NCBI GenBank assembly: GCA_973895155.1
Contig: OZ316898.1
Coordinates: 14,972,330 to 15,036,329, forward strand
Origin: Marsupella aquatica
Lineage: Eukaryota; Plantae; Marchantiophyta
Reading direction: 5' to 3'
Length of the DNA stretch: 64,000 nt
Shown: piece after piece, positions 1 through 10,225 of the stretch
Numbering within the stretch: position 1 is the stretch's first letter
Layout of the letters: each line of letters begins with the position of its first letter
Position numbers and translations under genes: made by a program
The notes under the pieces: model-generated
The model's database searches: none
Seen by the model: only the letters and a program-made list of their open reading frames with translations
What the model was told of the DNA's origin: nothing

Positions 1-2
1 CC

Positions 3-302
3 GGTGCATATTCTGGGCTCAATGATGACCTATTTTTTAGAAAGAAACTATATCCATATCTATGCGACATGTCAATTGACAAGTTGACATTCCGCGAGCT
101 CCTTAGTGGATATGGGATTCCAACGTTCTCTCAAGAAAATCTTGAGAGAGATTATATTGATAAGACAAATCTTTGGAGGAGAAATGTGATCATTCGTAAT
201 CAGGGGAATACAGACCATTTAGAAAAGTTTAACGAATATATGAAATACTTATTTGCCGAAAAAGACCGTGCTATAGAAGCCCGGGATAAGTCCAATAAGT
301 AA
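3..302 (+). pseudogene. C-terminal part of FCP1/NIF (HAD)-like domain, copy 1 of a tandem array (truncated by window edge)
   Basis: Frame 3 reads YSGLNDDLFFRKKLYPYLCDMS...YGIPTFSQENLERDY...NLW...EKFN. This aligns with FQGSLDDVFLRDDLIPYLRKLS...YPIWSIRNLHQDW...IW...KHFN of the next copy. Confidence 0.55.
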
Positions 303-460
303 ACATTTATTGTTTATTATCAATTATTATTTATAAATTGATTGAAATTGAACTTTATATTTTGGGAGTGACGCACCCGGTCGCGTGGTTGTTTGCAATT
401 GCATAATATGAGAATCGAATTGTTCATTTACAGGTGTCTAAGTGGAGCAGGTCGCATTAA

Positions 461-1141
461 CTTCTAATTTTAGGACTAGAAAACTTCCTGTGCTCTATTT
501 CAAAATATACTCCTCAGCTCAAGTCGACACCCGGAATTTGTATCGGATCTCTATGTGTCGTTTCGAGGCCGCGTCTTCATGATCTTATAAAATTCTGTTA
601 TGATCATTTTGATGTGATGGTCTGGTCTATTCTCGACAATAAACTGGTTTATCAGATACTTTCAAAAGTGTTGTCGAGCACCGACCTGTCGCAGCTAATA
701 TATGTGTTCACGCGGGATCATTGCTGGAATCTTGGTTATGTGAAGAAAAATTATAAGACTGTTGTCTTTAAATCTATCGAGAGACTACGTGATATGTTTC
801 AAGATTATCAACCAGAGAATATAATCCAGATTGATGCCTGTCCTTCCCATACATGCCAGACAGTTGTATGCGGATTATTGTTCGCTAAGTCGTTTCAAGG
901 ATCGTTGGATGATGTCTTTTTGAGGGATGACCTCATTCCATATTTACGAAAGCTATCAGATTCAAGGCTTTGTCTTGCGTTCGCTAACAAGTTCGATTAT
1001 CCCATCTGGTCGATTAGAAATCTACATCAAGATTGGGATCTGAACGAGGATATATGGGAGCATCTGTACGTGCAGAGACATGCGGATCCAGTTCTTATCA
1101 AGCACTTCAACAGACGTCACTTATCAATGGCCAGAGTGTAG
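461..1141 (+). pseudogene. FCP1/NIF-like HAD domain, copy 2 (degenerate catalytic motif)
   Basis: The frame is open from 461: LLILGLENFL...VVSRPRLHDLIKFCYDHFDVMVWS...VFTRDHC...FKSIERL...ENIIQID...DDVFL. This is the NIF pattern, with DxDxT replaced by GLENF. An in-frame TAA lies at 458-460, just downstream of a likely acceptor at ~433. Confidence 0.7.
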
Positions 1142-1924
1142 AGGATGTTGTCTCTGTAATATGTGATGCGACCATTCACGTGACTACATCCATACGGGCT
1201 CATGCATCTTCTTGTGTTTCTCTACAGGAGATTCATTGCAGCAGAGAAAATGGGCTCATAGTTTTAGACGTGGAGCATCTACTCTGTTACACTGCACCGC
1301 ATTCCCGACTGATGGCGGTCTCAACTAGAATTTGGATTGGGAATATATACGTTTTTCCAAGGCCTCATCTTCACGAATTCTTGAGATTCTGTTTTGAGAA
1401 TTTTGATGTAGGGATCTGGTCCTCTCTTGGGAAGAACCTTTTAGATCAGATTTTAGCATCTATTTTTACTGCGATGGAAATGGCCTCATTTAAGTATATT
1501 TGGGATCAGTCTCATTGTTACTTATGCGATAGGGTGACATCAAATAAGCGGATATTTTTGAAGTGTTTTGAGAAGGTTGGAATTTATACGAAGGCGTATC
1601 TGCAGCAAAATATAATGCTTATCGAATCCGATGCATTTCATGTTTGTTTAGATCCTGTTGTTGGATCATTATTTCCGCCCAAATATTTTGGGTCGGTCGA
1701 CGACAGTTTCTTGATTAACTTGCTGATTCCGTATCTTAATTAGCAAGCTAGAAAAATCTTGTGAGCCGCTTGTCATTGCCAATGGAAGAGATTATCCTGA
1801 TTGGTCAGTTAAATCTATTTTTAGAGATTATGATTATAATCATACTCTATGGGAAGACCCTGTGATTCAGAGGCATGGAGATAGATCATATCTAGTAGAG
1901 CAATTTAACAGACGCCCAATATAG
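1033..1924 (+). pseudogene. FCP1/NIF-like HAD domain, copy 3 (frameshift near 1740)
   Basis: Reads LIVLDVEHLL...VFPRPHLHEFLRFCFENFDVGIWSS...IWDQSHC...FLKCFEKV...NIMLIESD...DDSFL. After a frameshift it continues SKLEKS...DYPDWSVKSIFRDYDYNHTLWEDPVIQRHGD...EQFNRR, matching the tail of copy 2. Confidence 0.75.
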
Positions 1925-2255
1925 GATGCTTCCGAAATAATAGTTGGCATGAGTTCAGATTAATTTGTATTGTCGTTCTAGAAACGATTTGTAAACTCCT
2001 TATATACTGGTTATCATATATAAAGGATCTCAGAGATTTATTTCTCTATTGTTATTATTCGCGTGAGCATGTCTCTTGGTCCCGTCAAGTTGGATTGGTT
2101 AAAATGTGATGTTGCAGTCATTTTCAGGGTTTCACGCGCAGCCACGCGTCATGTCGCCCCCTTTTTATTAAAATAATAATATTTAGTGATTTTCAGAATT
2201 TCCAAAGTTTGGTTTTCCTTAAATTGGGGTTAAAGGCTAATGTTTATTAAATAGC

Positions 2256-2543
2256 AAAATACTTGATGGGCCCCCTCTAGTTAAAGATATTCCTAACGGC
2301 CCCTCACTTTTCAAATATACTTAATGGGACCCTTGTCCATACAACCCTTTCTCATGACCTGTGTGATTATTTTTTTCATTGTTAATTGTAACATACTCAT
2401 ACAACTATCTGAGTCAGTCCACCAAATTCCTCTCTAGAAGAATTCCTCTCTAGAAGCAATTTGCAGTGTACTCAAAAGTATATTTGAAAAGTGAGGAGCT
2501 AGTCAGGAATATCTTTACCTAGAGGGGGCCCATCAAGTATTTT
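2256..2543. mobile_element. Long-TIR MITE/foldback element (Mutator-like)
   Basis: Perfect 25-bp inverted repeat AAAATACTTGATGGGCCCCCTCTAG (2256-2280 / 2519-2543), extending imperfectly to ~67 bp inward (2256-2322 / 2476-2543). An outer TGATTTTCAGA/TCTGAAAATCA pair (~2187/~2600) may mark the true ends. Confidence 0.7.
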
Positions 2544-4635
2544 TCTGGTTAATTAAACCCACTCCATACTTTCCCTAAATTCACCCAACTCTGAAAATCA
2601 ACCCCCAAAGTGACCTATGTGAGTATGCCAAAAATGCAAAATGGGTTAGGGAGTAAATGTTTGAACATCTTGGGTAGGATGGAACGAGATTTCTAATGAT
2701 ATCAAAGTTGCCCCCAAAGATTATGTAGGTAAAGTAAGTTAAATCCCTCAAAACCTTCACTCCTAACTCAAGTTTCCTAGTGTAGAAAACCTAAATTTAA
2801 GTTTCCTAGTATTTAAGATTCACATAACTCATTTCCAGTTTTTGAAAACTCAGGTTGGTCAGATATTTTGAAGAGTAGGCGGTGGATTTTATATTTCCCA
2901 AAATAAAACATTATTCAAATTGGAGAAAAGCAAGCCTCTGAAATTATTTGTTTCCCTTTCTCTCTTTCTAGGTTTTAAGAGTTCACCTTGCCCACTTCTT
3001 TCGAGTTTGGTGATCGTCCCCTTCACCTCTATTGCTTTTCTTCAATGTACTTTATTTGACACTCTTAGTTTTGTAAATAAACTTCAAGTCTTTTCATCAG
3101 GAGAGCATAATGTCATACACTCATACGGGGACGAGATGAGTCTGTCCTGAGTCTAGATTCCCTCCCAATGTTCCATATCCATCAGTTAGCATATAATAGA
3201 TGCTGTGTGGATAATGACTTGGGGGTTGCGGTTGTGATTGATGGTTCCTCTATCCTCATTTGCATTAGGTACCGTAAACTCTTCCTGAATTTTTTTACTT
3301 TGTGTGTACAAGGTTATGAGGCTTGACCCTTGGGTAAAGCCATAGAACCCTGGGCCAGCCTGGCCTGGGGATTCTGAAATTTGAATGAGAAATAAAGTAA
3401 AGTTCAAGTGGCAGACTTTTCTTGTGTAAAATTGAGTTGAATGATTCAAACATTTCACTCAACCTTTACTCTTGGTGACTCATCCCCACTTGGGGATAAT
3501 GACAGTAACCCCCTCAGGCTCAGTGCCCTCTTTACATCCCATTACCCCTTCTTGGGATGGGTTACCCTGCACATATTACTCTGACTTTTTGGCTTGTTTC
3601 CTCCCCATTATGGAGTCACTTGTCTCTGGGATCCTATATCCCCATTAGGCATATTTACTCTTGGACAATGCAGTCGTATTCTTCGTTGGGAGTTGGAAGG
3701 AAAACACCTCATATTTCAGCAAAAAGTCAGGTTCACGTCTTGGTCAAGGTTTCACTTGCTCCTATGTGATTGTCTTTGTTCCTTTGTTTTTCAGAATCTT
3801 AGCAAGCCTTGGCCAGAAATTCGCCAGATATTTTAGGTCCCACTATATAGCCACATGGCCCATTTAGCCATGTTTTAGCTCTCCTTAAATCTAGAGAGAT
3901 CTAATGGTCAGAAACAAATCTAATAAGCTTAAAAAAAGAATATTATTAGCATCTACTCCTCTACACAAGCTAACAATTGCCCGCCCCACTCCCCCCCCCC
4001 CCCCAAATTGAGAAAACCGTTCTACGCTGCCATAGAAGGGTCCCGCCACCCCAGCGTGGTCTTCCTGGATATTGATGACCAAAAATCATCACTCAGTTGG
4101 CTGGGCCCAAATCACCAGTAGCGATGGCTTTCCGTCCCAAGTCTTCATTTCTTTTTTGGCCAGCTCATTTGCGTTTTTGCTGGTGTTGGCTATTTCGTGC
4201 ATGAGTCAGCTTGCCAGAACCTAACTCAGGGTTGCTTTACAAGACATGGGGGCACGTTGCTTCGTTTTATTCCCTTTGAGATTAAGTTGAGACACTATAA
4301 TAGGTCAAAATGATTGCAACTGGCCTTACAATAACTGGGGGCATTCAGGTATGGTTCTTACCAATCCTACATAGCAAGTAGTGGCCTAGGATGCTGGTGT
4401 GGAGTGTTTATTTTGTCTAGAATGTTAGACCACCGTCCAGATGTGGCCCCTTCATTCAAGGGTTTTGGATTTTGTAGTCCCACTTGCAGACTAGAGGGCA
4501 CTCTACAAACATTTGACAAAATACAAGTGGTCAATTGTGTTTTCGCAAACCTGATCTACAGGTCCATTGAGAATGTTTCCTTGACCAGAAGCTGAATGAT
4601 ATTTTCATGCCTATTTTGTAAACGACAATTTTAGA

Positions 4636-4967
4636 ACAAGAAGTGGCCCCTCCAGTTTGCTTAGAGGGGCAACGTGCCCTAGACTTCTTGGAAAGTCACC
4701 CTCACACTTGCCCACCTATGTGCTTTGGTGATATACAAAAGTCACAAGTGCCCAATGAATATCTAATTTGCCTATTGGGTGGCAATTTCTGAACAAGAAG
4801 TGGCCCTCCACTTTGCTTTTTGAACAAAAGTCACATGCCCCTCTAGTAAAGCCCCTCTCACCCATAGCTGGAGACTTCAAAACAAGAAGTGACCCTCTAG
4901 TCTCCTTGGGCTTAACAAAGTCACAAGTGCCCCAGACTTCTTGTGGAGTCAACCTCACACTTGTCCC
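4636..4967. repeat. Degenerate modular repeats (AACAAGAAGTG(G/A)CCC..., GTCACAAGTGCCC..., CCTCACACTTG), probably TE subterminal sequence
   Basis: AACAAGAAGTG motif at ~4636, ~4792 and ~4881; AGACTTCTTG...CCTCACACTTG occurs twice. Confidence 0.5.
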
Positions 4968-5250
4968 GTGATTGAATCTGGGGGGACCTCATAACCAACT
5001 TAAAGAGCCACTAGCCATGACAAAAACATGGTTCCACAAATTTCACCATTTTAAGTATTTTTTTCCTGAACTTGAGGAGCAAAACCTCACTGCAGAGGAG
5101 AGGAATAGGAAAAAAAGGAGAAGTGTCCAAGACTTCTCCTTTTATATGGCCAGGGGTGGTTTAATCACAAGTGCCCTCTTCTATATTTGGCTCCCAGAGT
5201 CATTACAGGTTTTTTTTTTGTCAATTTTTTGGATTTGGAACCACTCCAAA

Positions 5251-6012
5251 TGGCCCTTTTGGCTCCTTTGATCTTCTGTGATCTGGTCCTTTGGCTTTTG
5301 ACGTCCCTTTGACATGCTATGCTTTTGTCTTGTAGTGATATGTGTAAGAGAACTAATTGTTTTACAATAAAATACAATAGTAGAAGTATAGTATATGCAA
5401 AGAAAAGAGTATCTTTTAACAATGAGTGGAATACAAGTGTAGAAGTAGGGCACAAGCAAATAAATACACATAATGATCAGTAAAAGTACAAGTCTTATGG
5501 AATAAAGATAAAGAATAGTTGTGCACATAAGGAACACATACTCGCCTGAGGTAATGATAATGCCTGAGGTAATGATAATCAATTCAATCAAAACCATAAG
5601 TTCAGGAAAACTAATCATGGGGGAACGTAACACACGAGGTGTCCACACTCCTCAGATTCATTTTTCTTGCTCATGAGAACAAGTAAAACTTCTTCTCTCT
5701 TCTGGTAGAAGTTCAAAATTAGTGGTAACATATATGCTTTGGATAGGAATGATTAAAGGGAAGAGGGGTGTCAAAATGAACACAAAATCCTCTAGAACAG
5801 CCAAAAATTAAAAGGGGTCCCAAAATTAATCCTAATCTATATAACACAAATGATTCACCTAGAAAAGGCATGAAATAAAAATATATGACTGAAAATATGA
5901 ATAAGAGAAAATCTGAAAGGTGGAAACACCATATAGCAGTATCAACTCAAACAAGTGGCCCTTTTGGCTCCTTTGATCTTCTGTGATCCCATCCTTTGGC
6001 TTTTGACGTCCC
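5251..6012 (+). repeat. 57-bp dispersed direct repeat (5251-5307 and 5956-6012)
   Basis: TGGCCCTTTTGGCTCCTTTGATCTTCTGTGATC...TCCTTTGGCTTTTGACGTCCC is present twice with ~3 mismatches. Confidence 0.85.
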
Positions 6013-6252
6013 ACTAACCTGGTCCACCGCCTCTAATCTGGCTTACAAGCATTCCCTTCAGATTGGGAGTCCTTATGGTTTCTATATCCCTTACTCTTTC
6101 CTCATTGTTTGGTACTGAAGAAAATTGTCAGGACATTCTATTTCTTGATTAGATGTACGTTTTTTTCTTTCTGCACGTTCAATGTGAGAGAAGTGATGCA
6201 GAAAACTAAGATTTTGAGGTATTTCAGTCCCCATGAGCAATTTGTACACTCA

Positions 6253-6618
6253 GCCAAATATTGCCAAATATTGCATTGAAGTCACCTCCAATGGTCTTAA
6301 TAACACAAATAACTTGTGGCCTAAGATGGCACTTAGCTCCACTTTCAGACTAACTTACAATATGCTTGGCAGTGGCAGAACTTAAGTGCCTGATTGATGG
6401 AAAACTAACTACTGTACGTTAAGTTCCCAGGCCTGACTCTGAGGCCAAATATTGCCAAATATTGCATTGAAGTCATCTCCAAATGGCCTTAATAACACAA
6501 ATAACTTGTGACCTAAGATAGCACTTAGTTCCACTTTCAGACTAAACTTACAATATGCTTGGTAGTGGCTGAACTTAAGTCCCTGATAGATGGAAAACTA
6601 CTACTGTACGCTAAGTTC
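6253..6618 (+). repeat. Tandem duplication of a ~175-bp unit (period ~191 bp)
   Basis: GCCAAATATTGCCAAATATTGCATTGAAGTCA...CTACTGTACG(T/C)TAAGTTC at 6253-6427 and 6444-6618, highly similar. Confidence 0.9.
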
Positions 6619-6780
6619 TGGATGTCACAGTCATAAAGTAGTTGTTATAGTTATTTATATATTTGATGCTTGTTAAAATGAGAAACATGTAACTACAAAG
6701 GTCCAGCCCAAAGAGGCATTACTTTGTGATAGTTCACTTGAGTAGAGTAGGTCTTGAGTTCAACTATTTTTGCTGACTCT

Positions 6781-6955
6781 TTCCTTTCTGTGTAGTTTCA
6801 CAGATTTTCACTTCAAAAAAAATATAAAATAAATATGTCCCTGCCACTGGGCAGATCAGGGCATTTCTTTTCTGTCTAGTTTCACAGATTTCCCTTTGAA
6901 AAAAATTATAATTTTATTTTTCGTTTGTCCCTGCTAATGGGCAGATCAGGGCAAT
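6781..6955 (+). repeat. Tandem duplication of ~85 bp
   Basis: TTTCTGT(G/C)TAGTTTCACAGATT...TGTCCCTGC...TGGGCAGATCAGGGCA occurs twice. Confidence 0.8.
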
Positions 6956-7658
6956 CATCAAGGCAGCGTCACTACTCACGAAGTGCAGCCACTAACAGTT
7001 ATTGTAAAGCCACCCTCACACTAGTCCCTGACTGGCCTCTAATTTGCTTCCGTGAAAAGCAATACAAGTGCCTCAGACTTCCTGTAAAGCCACCACCCTC
7101 GCACCAATTTTCAATTTGGGTGCCAGACTTCGACAAGGAAAACATTTCCAGGTCACGAGGAATCAAGGACCGACATGGCACCGCAAAAGCCGAGAGCTTT
7201 GACTTTGTCATCACAGGTCACGGGAGATCAAATCCGCTCCAGCTCGGTGGCTAGCCCAAAGAATCTTTCATTGACTTTGCCCTTTTTATCAGGCGAGAGA
7301 ACTCGCTCACTAGCCAATGAGAGTTTTCGTTGGCTGTACTGTACTCAAATGAAGTTGTGATTCGTTCTCGAGGGAATTGTGTCCCACTCTCACTCAGACA
7401 GTGAAATTTTCGGTGATTTCACTCATCAGGGCACTGCACGTACCTGCTTTCGACTGTTTCCATGTTTGCTTCGCGCCTGCTGCTCGGTGCTATTCATAGG
7501 AACAGTCGTCCTTCGCGCAGCCTTTGTTTATGTGTGCCCAGTACTCTTATGTGTGCGCAGTACTATAACCAGCTTTTGTTGATTGTTTCAATCTCAAACT
7601 CACGTCAAGTTTCATGCGACTTGACTTCATTGTGTGCTGTTCAGTCAGGTCCTGAGTC

Positions 7659-7897
7659 CTCGATTCTACTATACCCCCTAGTCTCTTCTCTCTCCATTGC
7701 TCGATTCTACTATACCCCTAGTCTCTTCTGTCTCCATTGCAATCTGTTGCTGATGATCTCCAATTACTCGATTCTACTGTACCCCCTAGTCTCTTCTCTC
7801 TCCATTGCAATCTGTTGATGATGATCTCCAATTCATCGATTCTACTGTACCCCTTAGTCCTTCCCTCCCATTCCAATCTGTTGATGATCTCCAATTC
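7659..7897 (+). repeat. Pyrimidine-rich tandem repeat (4 units of 41-69 bp) upstream of the BAHD ORF
   Basis: Core TCGATTCTACT(A/G)TACCCC...TAGTC...TCCATT at ~7659, 7700, 7767 and 7836; later units add AATCTGTTG...ATGATCTCCAATT. Confidence 0.85.
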
Positions 7898-8015
7898 TCT
7901 TCGAAAGACCTGCGATTATCGCGCAATTTACATCAGCAGAGACTCTGTTCTTGAAGTGAATTTGGAAGATTTGCTTGATGAGACAGACGCTCGGACTTGC
8001 TGTCTTCTTCTTCTG

Positions 8016-8091
8016 CCGATACTCAGGCTCAACATCTCCCGATACTCAGGCCCAACATCTCCCGATACTCAGGCCCAACATCTCCCGATAC
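8016..8091 (+). repeat. 23-bp minisatellite x3.3
   Basis: CCGATACTCAGGC(C/T)CAACATCTC repeated head-to-tail with no spacers. Confidence 0.9.
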
Positions 8092-8308
8092 ATACTAAAC
8101 AGAGAGTAAACCCTCGAAACAGTGTAGTACTGTAATTTTGTCTTCAATTAAGAAATTGTAGTCATTGAGGTGACGGAAGAGTATAAGCGGATACGTATCC
8201 AGCTTGAGTTCCAAACAAGCTACCCGCATTAGTCTGAACTGGTTTTCGTTTAATTGGACTGCAGCGCACCTACTCAAATCAGCGAGCCATTTTCGTGGAG
8301 GAGAAACC

Positions 8309-10225
8309 ATGACAACCCTTTTGCGCTCTGACGATGTAGAAGAGACGGAGACGAGGCAGGTAACGGGATCGATGGCAGGTGAGGATTATTTGGAGTCCGA
8401 ATTGAGTCTGATGTCCCTAGCCGATAGCCCACACCTCGATGCAAACATTTCGCTCGAGCAGAGCTTGTCCGAATCTGGGAGAAAGGGGGTGTGTTCCGGG
8501 CCCAGGTTCACTCGGTCGTGGTCGTTCGTCGAATCAGTGGAGGATCGGAAAGTAAATCTTGCCGGAAGGAAATCGAACCTCCGACTCGACTGTGTGAGGG
8601 CAGCACTCAACAAGACGTGGTCATTCACCGATACGGTCCGCAGCCCTAGCCCCGATGATCCGAACTCAAATTACATGGACTTCGTGCATATAAGCGAAGG
8701 AAAACAGAGGTCGAAGCTAGGAACACCAGTCGGAACACCTACGGCGGCAGTCATCCATGAAGCTGTCGAGTCGACAGTGAATACCCTGCCCCAGTCCTTG
8801 GAAGGGGAAGAAGTAAAGGAAGAGGAGGTGGAAGATTCACCACCAACGACGCCGGAGCCCGTCTATGCATTGAAACTAACAGCGAGAACAATCGTCCGCC
8901 CAGCAGAGCTAAAGGAGAAGCACTGGCTGGCTCTAAGCAACCTCGACCGAGTAGTGAATCCCACATTCAGCAGCGTCATCCACTACTACAGGGATGTAAC
9001 TAAGACACGGTCCTTCTCGGAAGTCACAAAGCATCTAAAGCAGTCGCTGGCTACGACGTTGGTAGATTTCTACCCTCTGGCGGGTAGGCTTGCACTAACT
9101 GAAGACGGCAAGGTGGACCTGCACTGCAACAACGATGGAGTCGTGTGGATGGAGGCTGCAGTGAACAACAGCCTCGACGACATCGGCGGAGCAAAACCAA
9201 ATCACCACCTCTCCGGCTTCGAGTTTGCTCGACTGGGTGCAGGACCAATCTACATCCCTGATCAGATCACCCCCATGCCCGTGCTTCTCATCCTGGTCAC
9301 CAACTTCAACGATGGCTGCATAGCCGTCGCTACGAGCTGGCACCACACAGTGGCCGATGGCTTCAGTGGCACTCACTTCCTGCGATCTTGGGCAGAGGTA
9401 GCCCAAGGGAAGCCCATCTCCCTCAGGCCCGTGTACTCCCGTGAACTCTTGAAACCCCGGGCGAGCTTGAATCCCACTCTGGTCAATGGGTATTCTTCGC
9501 AGAGTGCGAATGCTGCCATGGACGAGGTGAAGGTCTCCACCGCAAAGCCGGCTAAATTGGGGACATTCGATCTGAGTAAAGAGAATATCGCAGGATTGAA
9601 AGAAGCGGCGAACTTGGAGCCACCTCCATTCACACCTCGTCCATTTACTTCGGCTGAGTCCATATCAGGGCACTTGTGGAGACAGATGACCAAAGCGAGG
9701 GCCGGGGCAAATCGTTATGGAGCTGACAAGGTCACAGGCCAGCCAACCAAGTTTTTCATGTTTGTGGACGGGAGGAAGAGGCTCCGTCTTCCTCCTGGGT
9801 ATTTTGGCAACGTGGTGTGTAGCGCATGTGCAGAAGCCAACGAAGCTGACATCTTGAACGGATCCCTGCACTTCGCAGCCAGCTTGATAAGGATAGCAAC
9901 GAGGAACATCACGGAAGAGTATTTCAGATCCCTGATTGATTGGGTGGAACTCCAGGGCATGTCCAGCTCCAAGTCTGAGCATGTAAATTCGCTCGGTCAC
10001 GATGTTGCCGCTACTTTCTGGACGTTTTTCCCCTTGTATGATATTGAGTTCGGGTGGGGAAGGCCTATTTTCGCAGCCAGGAACTCCCCTCCCCGCCCAC
10101 TCATTGACGGTATTGCCATGATGCCCAGCCCCGAGGGCCAAGGGATGGTAGCCCTTCTCAATTTGCATTCAGATCGTATGTCAAAACTTCAACGCCAAAT
10201 CTCGTTTGCCACCGTATTCCAATAA
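8309..10225 (+). CDS. BAHD acyltransferase (HCT/clade-V-like) with ~185-aa N-terminal extension; intronless, 638 aa from first ATG
   Basis: Motifs LSNLD, FYPLAGRL, catalytic HxxxD (HHTVADG), LPPGYFGN and a DFGWG variant (IEFGWGRP). Confidence 0.93.
   Translation: MTTLLRSDDVEETETRQVTGSMAGEDYLESELSLMSLADSPHLDANISLEQSLSESGRKGVCSGPRFTRSWSFVESVEDRKVNLAGRKSNLRLDCVRAALNKTWSFTDTVRSPSPDDPNSNYMDFVHISEGKQRSKLGTPVGTPTAAVIHEAVESTVNTLPQSLEGEEVKEEEVEDSPPTTPEPVYALKLTARTIVRPAELKEKHWLALSNLDRVVNPTFSSVIHYYRDVTKTRSFSEVTKHLKQSLATTLVDFYPLAGRLALTEDGKVDLHCNNDGVVWMEAAVNNSLDDIGGAKPNHHLSGFEFARLGAGPIYIPDQITPMPVLLILVTNFNDGCIAVATSWHHTVADGFSGTHFLRSWAEVAQGKPISLRPVYSRELLKPRASLNPTLVNGYSSQSANAAMDEVKVSTAKPAKLGTFDLSKENIAGLKEAANLEPPPFTPRPFTSAESISGHLWRQMTKARAGANRYGADKVTGQPTKFFMFVDGRKRLRLPPGYFGNVVCSACAEANEADILNGSLHFAASLIRIATRNITEEYFRSLIDWVELQGMSSSKSEHVNSLGHDVAATFWTFFPLYDIEFGWGRPIFAARNSPPRPLIDGIAMMPSPEGQGMVALLNLHSDRMSKLQRQISFATVFQ

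Noticed and set aside
7659-8091. CRISPR-like appearance of short repeats
   Set aside because: Units are head-to-tail without unique spacers, the context is eukaryotic, and there are no cas genes.
8204-8308. ORF-track start of the BAHD protein at 8204
   Set aside because: It is a TTG start; the first in-frame ATG in good context is at 8309.
8386-10168. Antisense ORFs overlapping the BAHD gene
   Set aside because: Shadow frames of a GC-balanced CDS with no recognisable motifs.
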